A stretch of DNA of 64,000 nucleotides from Podarcis vaucheri (taxonomy: Eukaryota): assembly GCA_965113315.1 (NCBI GenBank), contig OZ220373.1; one strand, given 5' to 3'. Every line of letters begins with the position of its first letter. The first letter of the stretch is position 1. This document shows, piece by piece, positions 23,226-36,230 of the stretch. The notes below the pieces were generated by a model. It was not told the origin of the DNA, ran no database searches, and worked only from the letters and a program-made list of their open reading frames with translations. The position numbers were made by a program, and so were the translations under genes.

Positions 23226-25044
23226 CTTTTGGGTCTTTATCTTTATATGAGATTTGACCTGGTAAGCCCATCGAAAAGAGGGGTGTCCTCTGACAGACCT
23301 TCAAACAGAGGACTATCCTCTGTAATGAAGGTTACATGGATGTCCTATAGGAATAGAGTTTCCGATCAGCCCTTTTCATTGTCACCCCTTTCTGATCAAA
23401 ATGGTTTCCCCCCCCCCCTCTGTTCCCTCCAATGCCCCAGGATTCCAAATGCATCACTACCCTAAAAACATGTTTTAGGAATCCGGGAAGGAAGAGCACC
23501 TGTGCAGTGGCAATTTGAGCAAAAGGGGCAGCTGCGATATGGTTACACATTCACACATATGTGCTATTCTGCTCAGAAGAGTAGCTTTCTAAAACTGTGT
23601 TGTTTTTTTAACTACCCAGTCAGGGCTCTGCTTCATACCTTAGTTTCTATGCAGTGTATAGTTTTCCTTTGCAGTTTGCAGTTTTACAATTATGCAGATT
23701 TTTTTTAGTATGGGGATAGATAATATTTAAGAAAGCCATGGAGATGAAACAGTATGGTTTGTGCATTCATGCACCACAATAGGAATACCCACATCTGACA
23801 GAATTTTGCAGTCTGAGAACATTGCAGTCTGGGAGCAATGAAGGAACTGGCACACACGGTTGCAAATAAAATAGCAATCTCTTGTGGTGGTGCTTCGTGC
23901 AACAGGAAAATGGCTAACGTCACATTTAAGAAGGGAAATGATAACAGTAACCCAGGCAACCATAACCCTCAGTAGAAGGGCACAGGGTCTGTAGTGATAT
24001 GGTTATGGAGGAGCTTTAATCCATGCAGGTGGTGCACAGGAAGCAAAGCTCACATGAATTCTAGAGCCTGGGAAATGAAGAGAAAAGGCACCATGCGCAT
24101 TTGTCCCGGTTTGTGCCACCTGCTGTTTTAATCAAGCTCTGGCAGCTGCACCCAATCATTCAAACTTCCTCTTATACACACCAATCATGCTGGTGAAGGG
24201 TGCTTTGTACATACGGTATTCTTGCTTCCCATTGAGGTGAGCTTAGAAGAGAACAGCCTAGCCCAAAGGCTGAGAAAAGCAAGCGTGTGTTGCTTGTTCT
24301 CCCTTGGATTGTAGAGAAGCAGCAATTTGTGCTATTCATATTGTTCAAGTTGCTTTTCTTAAGTGCTCAGAGTGTCCTACTTTACAGAGGGCAGTCCTGT
24401 ATTAGAAGGGCTCTCAAAGAGCATTCCTTCCTATCTGAAGGACTGTTTGCTCCAAGTCCAATTTCATGGTAACGAAACAGGAGGGGGAAAGCAGGGGTAT
24501 TGCAGGTGTACCTGCACAGCAAACCAAGTAAACACACAGACAGCATCTGGTCATACCTTTCCCCACTGTGGTAAGATGTTTCGTATTTCTATTAAAATAT
24601 CATATCCTGTTCTGGACAGGATTGTTCTCCCCTGAAAGGAGCAGGCCCACAGTTTGCGGTGACTTGGAAACTTCAATCAGTCCAAAATGCAACACTTCAA
24701 TTGCTGGGTGGGATACCCTTCAGATCTCGTATAGCCTGCTTTGAAACAGTTGAACGGGAGGCCAATTCGTTTCCTGGCCCAATTCAAGGCCCTCACATTC
24801 CTGCTTAAAACCCTAAACAACCCAAGCCCCAAATACCTGAAAGACTGCCTCCTTCCCTACAGCCTCTCAGGTGCTAGGACTGGCCACTGCCCTCAGACGT
24901 TTGGTGGGTGGCAGCCCAGAAAAGGACATTCACTGTGGCAGCCCCTAAGCTGTGGGACTTGCTTCCCACCGAAGTACACCTGGTACCTTCATCCTACAGG
25001 TTTTGGAGAATGCTGAAAAATTGTAATAACCATCACCACCTTGG

Positions 25045-25198
25045 GTAGGGATAGGTAATGTATTCCAACCCTCTGTTTCATGCAGGAATCTTGCAATTGC
25101 AGCATTCCTGATAGGTGACTGACCAGCCTCTGCCTAAGTACCTCCCGCAAAGGAAAACCCACCACCTTCCAAGGCAATCTATTCCACTGGATCAGCAA
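25045..25198 (-). mobile_element. CR1 3' fragment
   Basis: The reverse strand reads IQWNRLPWKVVGFPLREVLRQRLVSHLSGM, the CR1 ORF2 C-terminus. Confidence 0.65.
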
Positions 25199-25382
25199 GG
25201 TCTGGGTTCAAATCTTTGCTCAGCCATGAAGCTCACTGGGTGATTTTAAGCCACTCACTCTCAGCCTCCCTGACTTCATAGGGATGGTGCGAGGACAAGA
25301 TGGGAGAAACTCATATATGCCATTATGAACATAGAGAAAGGATGGGGGGAAATATAAAAATGGAAGTATGTTCATACATATA

Positions 25383-25616
25383 CAGTGGTACCTCGGGTTA
25401 CATACATTTCAGGTTACATACACTTCAGGTTACAGACTCCGCTAACCCAGAAATAGTACCTCGGGTTAAGAACTTTGTTTCAGGATGAGAACAGAAATTG
25501 TGCTCCGGCGGCAGCGGGAGGTCCCATTAGCTAAAGTGGTACTTCAGGTTAAGAACAGTTTCGGGTTAACAACAGACCTCCGGAACGAATTAAGTACTTA
25601 ACCTGAGGTACCACTA
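25383..25616 (+). mobile_element. Tc1/mariner-type MITE (family A)
   Basis: TA-CAGTGGTACCTCGGGTTAC...GAGGTACCACT, same body as 19479-19684. Confidence 0.88.
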
Positions 25617-28077
25617 TATCACCTAAGAGCATATAATACGGTATATTTTGAAACTACAATTTCTCCTCTGATTTAAGACCAATAGTGGCTAGCGATATGG
25701 TGCAGGTTGGGCTGAGCTGCTTGACATCAGCCTTCTTGACATCACATGCTGCTGCTGCTTACTGAGAGGTAGAAGCAGAGGGACAGGGCAGTGGCCACTT
25801 AGTGTGGTGTCGTATGGATGCAGTGGCAGAAGCAGCAGATTGGCTCTGCCACTGCACCTGTACCAAGTTCTTGCTATAGCAATACAACATTGGGAAGACA
25901 AGTCAGCAATGCAGCCCCACTGATTGCTACTGCCTAGGACTAATTCTGAAAACTATTTGAGCCAAACTAGGTGAGATACAGGAAACTCAGGAGCAATCTC
26001 CTGATAGTTTTTAACCGAAATGAAACTGCAGTAGGATATGAATTTAATTGTAATAGTGGGAGGCAGAGGTGCTTCCCCATGGACCATTTCGCCAATCAAA
26101 ATTGCCAGCAGTAGTTTTTCTGTTTCCAGGGGAAAACGTACAAGGATCATACTCGGAGCTCATTGCAACCAAATTTCAGTAAATAAAGAAGTTGGCAAAC
26201 TGCTCTCACTTTCTCCTTGTCTAATCTAGTTTGGTTTTAGCTCTGGACAGAAATGAGACATTTTAAGCACTGGTGACTTAATTATTTAAGTCAATGGTAT
26301 TTTTTTTCCAGCAAACTCTTGCAAAAATCTAGTTTAAGTTTAATGTATTTTTCCTAACCTTATTGATCGGTGGTAATAATTGTTGATTAATTTAGTCAGG
26401 AAAAGCATTGCCTATGCAGATTTTACTTTAAAGAGGAGCTAATGAAATCTAGTAAATCACAGACACATGCTGATCTTGCTTCCATCTATTTTTAAATGTT
26501 CATCACGTAACTGTATCCGACGTATTCAACATGTGCAGTTTCTTTGGTCTGCATTTTGGGTATGTAGTGTACACATTCTATATATTAGCCACACACATTC
26601 ACGTCAACAACTATCTATGATAATTCATTAGATATTTCATATAATGAGGTAGACATACTATAAACGATTTTTCCAATGCGATTACAAACATCCATAACTA
26701 CGGAGATAGTCGGCATTCTTTATGCACAGACCAGGTTTGCCAATTTTATTTCAGTGTATCTCCTAAAGATATTATTCTGCACTTAATTTGAGTAAAAGGA
26801 TATGGGACATTATTTGAGGACACCCCCAAGTGCTGCAAACGACAACTATGAAAGGTTAGTAAAGCCTAGTAAGGTAAATCATTTACCAAAAGTAAAATAA
26901 TGAACAGCAATGCTGGTTAAACACGTGGTTTAGGGAAATATGAAAACGAAATAAATATGTAGCTATCTACACATCCTAAGAAAACGGAGAATGCAGATAC
27001 AACTTTACAACAAGGCTATAAACTCTACGCCAGCTGAAACAGCAAATGTGCATACTTACATCGTAAGGCTCTCCTCGGAAGGGCTTGTGTGTCATAGAAA
27101 GAAGGGTAACTTGTTTCCCTCTGCTGTGGCGATATCCCAAGACAAAACCTAGTTGTAAGTAATTCCCGCTTGTGGCAAGCGAGGCTGAAAATATCAGTGT
27201 TGTTTTGCTGGGTCTGATCATATCACAGCGATCAGTTAAGGGTGGGTTATTTCATCACAAGGCAGCAGGTGATTCTTCCCAGGAAGATCTTGGCGGGAGA
27301 CTCTGGGCCTGGAGCTTCAGATCACATCTTCCCCCGTCAGGAATCAGGATACGTAAAAAAAGAACCCCCGTGCTTTTTAATGGAAAGATAACAAGCCATT
27401 AAGATTATTACGTTTTGGAGCTCAGTACCTCAGTTTTAGTTCATAGGCATGTTCTTAGTTACACATCTGCTTTCTCAAGTAGAAATTAAAAGCCATTAAT
27501 CCCCTCAACATCTCTAGCTGCCTGGGAAAGATTCAACGAGAGGGGTTTTTGTTTTTTTAATTGAGACAGGTGGGAATAAATGGGAAATCCTATTAACTCA
27601 GGAAATTAACAAGCCTTAACTGTTACCAGCGGAAGAGAGTGCACTTTTAAGCACTTGTATGGAAATCAGTGTTAGTTCCTGGAGGGTAAATGGGCACTGA
27701 AGACATTATATAAGTCAGGAGAATTTAGGCAAAAAAAGAATAAGCATATAACGGCACACCTAAAATGAGACCATCAGAAATGTTTTGAATTCTCTCACAT
27801 ATGTGTATGAATGAGAGATGCATTTGTGTTTGTCTGTGTGAGGTGAGTGTGTGCAAAAGAGTGTGGTACAGCCGCCTTGTGTGAATTCTGCCATCAGGAT
27901 CAACTGCACATAGATGTTCCATGGTAAGAATGAAGTTGACTGTATTCTCCTTAATGTTGCTTTATGTCATGTCCTCATGGTAGCCATGCTGTGCTGTGTG
28001 AAGTGCCCTGAGATCTTTTGATAAATTTTAAAAATGCCCCACATGGCATCAATTTTGTGACTGGTGACTACAGCACT

Positions 28078-29199
28078 TTCTCAAAATTCAAAATGTTTGC
28101 ACTGGTCCGAAAACACAGATGACCCCTGGCCTACATAATGTCTCAAATAATCCTAGCTCTTGGCTAAGACAACATTTCCCAAAGCTCAACCAGGAGAGTC
28201 CATTGGATTGCCTCCCACCACTCCTCTGCATCCAGCCAGTCCATGACAATTTATGCCTTGAATATCCATCTTGCACTCCCTTCCCTTGAGTATTTCTGAC
28301 AATGGGATCTCACCCAGTAGTTCCCTAAGTTTTTTCAAATTGGCCTTCTTAAAGTCCAGAGAACATCTCTGACTACTCAGCTTCCCCTTGCCCCTATATC
28401 ATGAAGCTCAAGAGGACACAATCACTTCCTCCCAAAGTTCCCATAACTTCCACTTCATCAACCAGCTCATCTGTGTTGGTGAGGACCAGGTCCAAGACAG
28501 TTGATCCCCTTGTTGCTTTTTCCACCTTTTGGGAAATGAAATTGTCACCAAGGCAATGGAGAAATTTGTTGGACCTTACATTCTTGGCAGAGTTTGAGTT
28601 CCAACAGATGCTGGGATAGCTGAAGTCCCCCGTGACTATATCTCTCCTGTTTGAATATTTGGTAATCTGCTCTACGAAGGCATCATCCAAGTCTTCAGTC
28701 TGGCTTGGAGGTCTATAGCAGACCCATAAGGTCACTGTTGTTTCCCTTTCCTACCATTTTTACTCCATACTCCTTCCATGCTCCAGGTCATGGATCTCTT
28801 CACAAGTGTACACACCCTTTACATATAATGCTACACATCCTCCCTTCCTAATAGGTCTATTCCTTTTGAATAGGTTATGTCCCTCAATTTCTACATTTTA
28901 GTCATGAGTCTCATCCAACCAGGTTTCAGTGATGCTTATTAGGTCGTATTCGCCATCCTGTTTTAAGAGCTCCAATTCATCTTGCTTGTTTCCCACACTC
29001 TGTGCATTAGAATAGAGGCAACTGAAAGAATGTCATTCCCTCCAGCTTCCTTCTTGTAGTTTCTTGCCATTTAGCAGGTTTCTGGAGCACCACCTTAGTT
29101 TCCTGTGCATCAATGAAGCGATTATCTCCAGTACCAGGTGTACTGTTGTCTGCAATATTGCCTCCCTCCTCCTCAGGATTTAGTGTAAAGTTCTCTTGA
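28078..29199 (-). mobile_element. CR1 LINE ORF2 endonuclease region, degenerate
   Basis: Reverse-strand motifs NKQDELELL, ITETWLD, YRPPSQ, GDFSYPSICW, LDLVLTN, GGSDC, with stops and frameshifts. Confidence 0.8.
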
Positions 29200-29500
29200 T
29201 GTTACAGACTGGTTGGATGCCAAGGAGTGGTGGGATGTGCCAGCTGGGAAACCCTCAAGGGAAGAAGGCTCAGAGCCCAGGGATTGGTGGTGGGATGACG
29301 ATGAGCGGTCAGAAGGAGAAGACTCAGAGGAACAGATGTTGGAAGCTGAAGAGGTAACAGGGCTTAGTGAGCAGGAAGAGGCTATGGTAGAGAACAGTCC
29401 AGAATCAGAGGCAGAAGTGGAGGCAGAGATGAGGCAGGCTGCTGAAGAAGCCGGGGAGTCTCCCCCTCCTGCTGCAACCAACTCCCCTCCCCTCTGTACT
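29200..29500 (+). mobile_element. LTR-like fragment (TGTTACAG start, purine/Glu-rich) abutting the CR1
   Basis: The CR1 sequence stops abruptly at TGTTA. Purine-rich body like the LTRs at 1124 and 39520. Right end not resolved. Confidence 0.45.
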
Positions 29501-30016
29501 ATGAGGCAGGTTATGTGGAGTGTTGATCAGTAGCCTGCTGTATTCCGAATGTAAAACACAGTTGAGCTTTAACAAAAGATATTCAGCCGGCTGAAATGGA
29601 ATCTTAGCTTTTAATCAGAAAAACAAAGAAATGTTGCCATTTAAACAGCTAGCATGATGTACAAACCTCATAAAAGAAAAGGAAATAACTATCCTGCCTC
29701 TGCTTGATTATTTTCCTCCTTAATCCTCTACACTAATCTATCACACTCAATAGGAAAACTTGAAAGCCCAATTGCCACCCCATTCACTTCCCAGAACAAG
29801 GAGTTTCAAATTACTCTGAGATTTGGCAGATGACACATTTGACCCTGCTCTGAAAAAAAGTCTTAGGATTGCACAGAATGTTTCCCTGCTGTTGCCCAAC
29901 TACCTGTAATACTCAGCTAAACTGCATCCAACCAAAGATGGTTATCATTTTTCGTAGAGATGCAATATTTTATTTTAAGGACATCCTTCTCAGCCAGATG
30001 GGCGGGTTATAAATAA

Positions 30017-30067
<51 letters not shown>
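30017..30067. repeat. (ATT)17 microsatellite, probably a retroelement tail
   Basis: Read directly. It is preceded by gggcgggttataaataaa, like the L2 3' end near 45200. Confidence 0.9.
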
Positions 30068-30068
<1 letters not shown>

Positions 30069-32799
30069 TCTGCAGCAGCTAATTCATTAATCTATTTAAT
30101 ATATTGATATACCACTCTTCATTATAAAAGTCTATGGTGATGTCCAAAATACATTAAAACAACAACATGTTTAAATAGTAAATGCAGCAATTTACAGTGG
30201 AATTAAAATCTAGGCATTAAAGTATCAACCAAAGTGAAACACATTTAAATTCCATTTAAAACATAGTTTCTTAACTTCCCAAGTGAAATCAAGGTATCCC
30301 AGTACTGCAAGCCTACAGTTGTATGAATGAGCTGCACATACGACTGCCATCCTCAAAGTCCCAGCACCTGATAACTGGACTATAGAATCTAGTTATTTTA
30401 ATTCTTAACTCTTAAGAAGTCTTAACTATTCAAATGCTACTGGAGTCATCATCTGTCTAATGTAACACTTCATTGCTCATACAACTGTGAACACTCAGTT
30501 GTGCAATAAATCAGCTTATCTAAACAGTTTGTAAGATGCAAAAGCCAATGTCCACTTAATTAGTTATTTGCAAGGCTAAGTGCCAGTTGCAAATTACGTT
30601 GCTGAACGTATATAGCATTGCCAAAAAGGTTAATGCAGCCAGTGTCATAATATTTTAAAGATTTTAGCACACATTAGTTCATGTTTTCATTGTTTGCATG
30701 CCAAAAATTCCTCGCCCAAGTGGAAAGTGCTCTGCTCATGGGTACTTCAGAACAGGAGAGGAAACATTTAAAAGAGGATGGCATTCCTAGAAGAGGGTTT
30801 CCTGAAAACTTTCTATGCAAATTAGGGTAATCTGCATTGGAAAATTTTCAGCTTGCATCATAACATTTTCTGGCGCCATAAGAAGTGACCTAATTTAGCA
30901 TGCTTTTTTTACTTGTATTTGCTAAACAAAGCTTTTAAAAAGCATCCCATGATGTTTTGTTTTGTCCCAATGGAAATATTTTTTTTGGGGGAAATAAAGC
31001 ACACTTAATATGGTTTAAATGCCATGTTCTGTGGACATTTTTTATTGGATTTTTTATTTTAAAAATTAAAGAGAATAGGATGTACTCCCATCATAATGTT
31101 TAAATTTAAGGGGGAAATCCAGAAGGTACTGAAAAGAGCTGACACATTAATATTTTTTAGTGCCCGAAGAAGTGTGCTTGATTTGCTAATTCACACACTT
31201 GGTTGCTATAATCACCTGAAAAACATTAATTACAACTTTGAAACTGTCACGTTTGCCTAATATTGTACTTTTGGCATCCATTCAATGTTACTAATGAACT
31301 TCTGTTACCAGAATGAAAGAAGCAAATTATCAATGGGTGGGGGCTGGGGGAGAGAGAGAGACATTGCTGCTCCTGCACAAGAAATGGCTTTTGGGCAACA
31401 CTCTATGCACGTAGTGTATCTGAATTAACCATTTCCTTATTATGAATGTGTTCCCCAAATGCCCTTTCCCTCTGTCTGTCTGAGCAGCTTTTCCCAACCC
31501 GTTGCCCAAAGAGTCCTGGTATCTATTATTTACCTCCCACAGAGCTACAGGTCCCAGCACCCTTAAGAGATTACAGTTCCCAGGATTATTTGCAGCAAAT
31601 CATGTGCTTGTAACTCCATCAGAGAAGCTGCCAAAATCTGTGTGTCTGTTTTGGGCTGGATGACACCTCAGAGTCCCCTCCCAACCAAGTGATTCATGAC
31701 TGTGTTTCTGTGAATGGATTTTCCTGTGAGTGTAAGTTTCTCAGCACTCTCTTTTCAGTTAAGGAGAATAGCTCACTTCCAGAAACTCCCAGAAACGATT
31801 TTAGAGAAGTGGGCATGTATTTTCTTCCCTCACCTTTCCTCTCCCCTAGTTGCAGATGAGGTCATCAAGCTGCAATGCATGCAGAAACAGCTCTTCAAGA
31901 GAAAGGAAGAGGGGTGCAGGTGTCTCCCCTAGGGGGACAGCAGTATCCTGGAAAATGAAGGAAACCAGAAAGCAAGGGAGAAGTGCTACAGCCACCGTCT
32001 CTACAAAGGGATGAATGGGGAACAAATACAACTCGATTTTTGAAAGATAGGGTATTTGGAAACGGGTGGAAGTGATAATAAAGGCAGCATTATTTTTCCT
32101 AGAACGCCTTCCTTGTTCTCTTACAATGGCAATGGCGCCCACCTGAGAGGTGCTGGAACTCTGTGAACAAAAGGACGGTAATGGTTCCTAGAGGTTTACA
32201 AGAGAGGGAAGTCATCAGTGTTGTATGTAAGAACTAATGAAGTGCAGCAAAGGGCTCGCAGAAGTTCAATTCAGTGCTTTTAAAAAACTACTATCATGCT
32301 GCGCTGGGGCATATGAAATAATGAGAAAGTACTGCACCAGCGAGCATAAGAAAAGTTTATTTCTTATGCAACTAAGTTAACTGCACACACATCTAGGATA
32401 GCTGAAGAGGACTCCGGGTCAGAAGGTTGGAACCAGGCCAGTCTTGAGACGCAGGACATCTAATATTAGAAATGAGGTACTGGGTAGAGGGAGAATCTGG
32501 AACAAGTTGTGAGAAAGTCACGACCATATGATTAAAAAACACACACACAACTAGATGGCAGTACAGAAGCCAGCCAGACAAAATCTTTTATCTGAGCTGA
32601 ACAAAGTCAGATGGAAGGAGAGCTGAGGCAAAAGGGAGAACCTACTAAGAAACTGAGTGGTGTTTGTGTCCATTTTCGAGGAGGGCAATTTTGCAGGCTG
32701 AGAGGCCGTATGCTGGCATGGAAAGACATTGATGAGGATAGAAGCAGGGCAATGAAATCCTACAAGGGGCAGCAGGAAGTATGAGGCTTCTGTCTTATA

Positions 32800-33111
32800 C
32801 AGTGGTACCTCGGGTTACATACGCTTCAGGTTACAGACTCCGCTAACCCAGAAACAGTACCTCGGGTTAAGAACTTTGCTTCAGGATGAGAACAGAAATC
32901 GTGTTCCGGCAGCGCAGCAGCAGCGGGAGGCCCCATTACCTAAAGTGGCACTTCAGGTTAAGAACGGACCTCTGGAACAAATCCACCACTGCACGATTTC
33001 TGTTCTCATCCTGAAGCAAAGTTCTTAACCCGAGGTACTATTTCTGGGTTAGCAGAGTCTGTAACCTGAAGCGTATGTAACCCGAAGAGTATGTAACCTG
33101 TGGTACCACTG
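32800..33111. mobile_element. Family A MITE rearranged as a foldback (two left ends in inverted orientation)
   Basis: 32992-33111 is the reverse complement of the MITE 5' portion at 32800-32903. TA flanks on both sides. Confidence 0.85.
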
Positions 33112-33639
33112 TATTTAAGCATATGAAGGAAAACCACCAAAGATAGCAAAATAGGGTGCTGTGAAGTCTGCTTCATATATTGCATTTCAGTGGGCTACGA
33201 ATTGCAGTTTTAGCAGGTCTGAATGCAGGATTTTTGTTGGGGGGGGCAGGCCTTTTGTTTGGGGCTGCAGGGCAGAACCTCAGTTTGCTATGTATTTTAT
33301 TGATTTTTTAGGGGGGCAGCTGCCCCTCCCTATGGCTACACTCATCTTAATGCACAGTACTAAAACTGGGGCAAGTGTTATCTGTTTCACAAGACTTCCC
33401 AGAATCTTGTTTCATAGAGTATTGCCACATCCAAGGATGGCCCAGGGCATTTTAGAAAACAAGCAGGAAAGCATGGCACTCTGCAACATTTCATTGCACA
33501 GGTCCAAACCTATAATGCATTGCTTATTATTATTATTATTCCTACCACCAACACGGCACCTTGAGCTCCTTGCAGGAAAGGCGGGACGCTGCTAGAGAGA
33601 TAGGTAAATGAAAATGAAATTAAAAATATGCACGCATTA

Positions 33640-34480
33640 ACCCGCCCCCCTGATTTTGGAGAGGGGCCACACAGGTGCCTCCCTTTCAAGCCTGGCAAAC
33701 ACGAACTCCCCTCTGAGAGGGGCGGGAAAGGCGCGCGAAATTTCGGAGAGGCGGCGGCGGCGCGGCCTGCCTGCCTGCCTGCCCCGGTGTCGGCTTCCCC
33801 ACAGCCTGGAGAGGGCGGGCGGGCGGCTGAGGAGAAGCGAGGCGAGGCTCCGGCGCGAGGCCTCCGCCGGGCTTCCTGCTACGACGGGGCGGGGATTTCC
33901 TGAGGAGTTTCGCGGCGCCTCGCTTCCCTTTCGCTTTTTGCACGCAAAGTCCGAGGGGGGAAAAGAAGTCTTTCTGAGGGGACGGGCTTCTTCCACCGGC
34001 ACCTTCGCTTCCCGAGCATGGCGGGGTCGCTGCCGCCGGCCGCCCCTCTGCCCATCCACCGCCTCGAGGAGCCGCTGCTGAGGAGGCTGAGCGGCTCTCT
34101 GGACCGGGCGGCTCCGGGCAGAGGCTGGAGGGACTTGGCGCAGCTGGCCGGCAGCCACCGCGGCGTGAAGCTGAGGTGAGGCGAGGTGTAAGGGGTGCGG
34201 GGACCTCGCTGGTGCCTCAGGCCGTCGAGGGAAAGGCAGGCCTCTCTCTCTCTTTTTGCGAGGCTTTCGGGCGCCACAGGAGTCTTCGTCGACTGGCCTG
34301 AAACCCGTCTGTGGGCGCCTTGCGTTGATGAGGAGGAGGAGGAGGAGGAAGACGCTCCCCCATTGATGCTGGATGAGGAGACTCGGGGCAGGGCGAGAAA
34401 AATGCTTCTTCGCACACAGTTTAAGCAGTGGAACTCGCTGCCACATGACGGCCGCCCGCTTGCATAGCTTTTAAGAGCGG
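33640..34480 (+). promoter_or_regulatory. MALT1: CpG island / MALT1 promoter and first exon
   Basis: Sharp rise in GC and CpG. Several GGGCGG boxes, E2F-like GGCGGGAAA (33721-33729) and GCGCGAAA (33733-33740), kB-consensus GGGGATTTCC (33891-33900). Confidence 0.85.
34018..34175 (+). CDS. MALT1: MALT1 exon 1 (start of the death domain)
   Basis: agcATGG start. MAGSLPPAAPLPIHRLEEPLLRRLSGSLDRAAPGRGWRDLAQLAGSHRGVKL (human LNRLREPLLRRLSELLDQAPEGRGWRRLAELAGS). Donor AG|gtgagg. Confidence 0.93.
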
Positions 34481-34495
34481 GGTAGAGAAGGCTAA

Positions 34496-35148
34496 GCCAT
34501 ATGAAAGAATCTTTCATATGTGGTGGACCAGTAAGAGGGTAAAAGAGTATTGGGAAATACAGTACTGTAATTTACAATGAATTCTTTTTGGGGTGGGGGT
34601 GGGGGGATGTTTAAAAGCACTTTCCTAAAAAACAAAACAAAAAAACAGAGTCCTTTTTGTTGAGGATAATTCAGATGGAAACTTCCAGGTGTCAAAAAAG
34701 GTTATTTATGTACGCCACTACTGCGGCTCGTGTTTCATTAGCCCCAGAATGGGAAAAGGAGCGAGGTCCCAACCAAAGAAGAATTGCAACTTAAACTGAT
34801 GGAATATGCGCAGCTTGCTGACCTAACATATAGAATAAGAGAACAAGAAGAACATGCGTTTAAAGAATATTGGAAAATGTTTATTAAGTATGGGGGGCAT
34901 TGTGTACACTTGAAAACGTCAGCAGCAATAAGATAAATTCAACAGTGTAAATAAGTTTTGATGGATGTAATAATGGAATTCTGAATGGTTTAGTTTATGT
35001 AAAACATGCAGGGATTTATGTTATGCAAAATGAACCATGGAAAGAGAAGAAGGGAAGTCATTGATATTTTAAGATTGTTTAAATGAAAATTCTAAACTGT
35101 AAAACAGAAAATTTAATAAAAATTATATATATATATATATATATATAT
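34496..35148 (+). mobile_element. 5'-truncated L1 3' fragment, degenerate
   Basis: 9-bp TSD GAAGGCTAA (34487-34495 and 35149-35157). FHMWWT, ESFLL and FMYATTAARV are homologous to the C-terminus of the 4097-7225 ORF2. AATAAA and a (TA)n tail. Confidence 0.8.
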
Positions 35149-35903
35149 GAAGGCTAAACTAAAACTAAAAAGTGCCTGCACATTTGCAAAGCTAAGCAGG
35201 GTCCGGTGCTCAAAAGGATATGTTTGCATGATGCTCTTGACATGACTGTTTTGCTCATAGCTGAGTTAATGGGGGGGGGAGGGGGGAGAACCGCCTTCCC
35301 CTAATCAAAATCAATACAGATCTGAGGTTCTGCCCTCAAAAGCCTCCACGCCCCACAAAAATGCTGGCTACACCCATGACTGAGTTCACTTCTATATCCT
35401 GCATCGTGGACCCCCCCATAGTGTTGTTGGGTGGTCTTCTTTACAGCCACAGCAGGCACTGTAATTCTACCAAATGCACACTTCTGCATTGACTCCTGAG
35501 ACAGACGGATGCCAACCCAACAAAAATAATAGATTGGCTTTCAAGAGGTGGGACCAGGAGGAAGATCAGTCTCCCCCAAAGTTATCTCAAACCTCTTCAC
35601 TGTTTCTAAGGCCCGAAAGAAGTGATAATGGGGTTTGGGGTTTCCTGGAAGGATTTACACCACGGTATGTGTTTCGCAATGGAAGACATGTCCCTTTTAG
35701 GAATGCATGCTTTCATAAAATGAATGGGCAACATAATAAATGGACAAAGCACAAATCAAATTAGGCAACTGGAAGGGGTGTAACAGTGGCCAAATCTAAA
35801 ATCAAAGTTGTAATTATTTTTTTTGGGGGGTGTGGCAGCTATATATTTATCTGCCCAGCTCTTCAGGCATGTTAAAATTGGTATATTAATAATTTTCAGT
35901 ACC

Positions 35904-36228
35904 TGTGGGAAAATGATTGCTTGTACATGAGAGCATGAGCAAAGTTCTTATTGTTGCAGGGTGATTTCATAGCTAGAAGCATCCTTGGAGCATGAACAGC
36001 GCGTGAACAGCTCGTGCTGTCCTATATGATTGGCTAACGTAGCATGGCCTGATGCTAGTGCGAAGGTCCTTATCTTCTGGCTTAGAACAAATTGCTTGCT
36101 TGTATTTTGTATCTTTCTGATTTCACACAATAAAAGCTGTGCTGCATTAGCCCTATGAGCAGCCATATTTCGGAACCTATCATGGTGTGAGACTGATTTT
36201 TCTTTGGATGCCGAGCTGCAACTCGACA
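35904..36228 (+). repeat. ERV 5' LTR (325 bp)
   Basis: TGTGGG...TCGACA, AATAAA at 36129-36134. No difference from the 3' LTR found by eye. Confidence 0.96.
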
Positions 36229-36230
36229 AT

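Noticed and set aside
29213-29533. Acidic 106-aa ORF (MDAKEWWD...)
   Set aside because: It lies in an LTR-like purine-rich repeat, with no splice or homology support as a host exon
30815-30822. Octamer ATGCAAAT (also at 18741) as a lymphoid enhancer
   Set aside because: An 8-mer is expected by chance in AT-rich sequence of this length
33628-34517. Long overlapping ORFs (269, 212 and 141 aa) around the MALT1 start
   Set aside because: They are stop-poor shadows of the GC-rich CpG island with no recognisable domains. The real frame is 34018-34175
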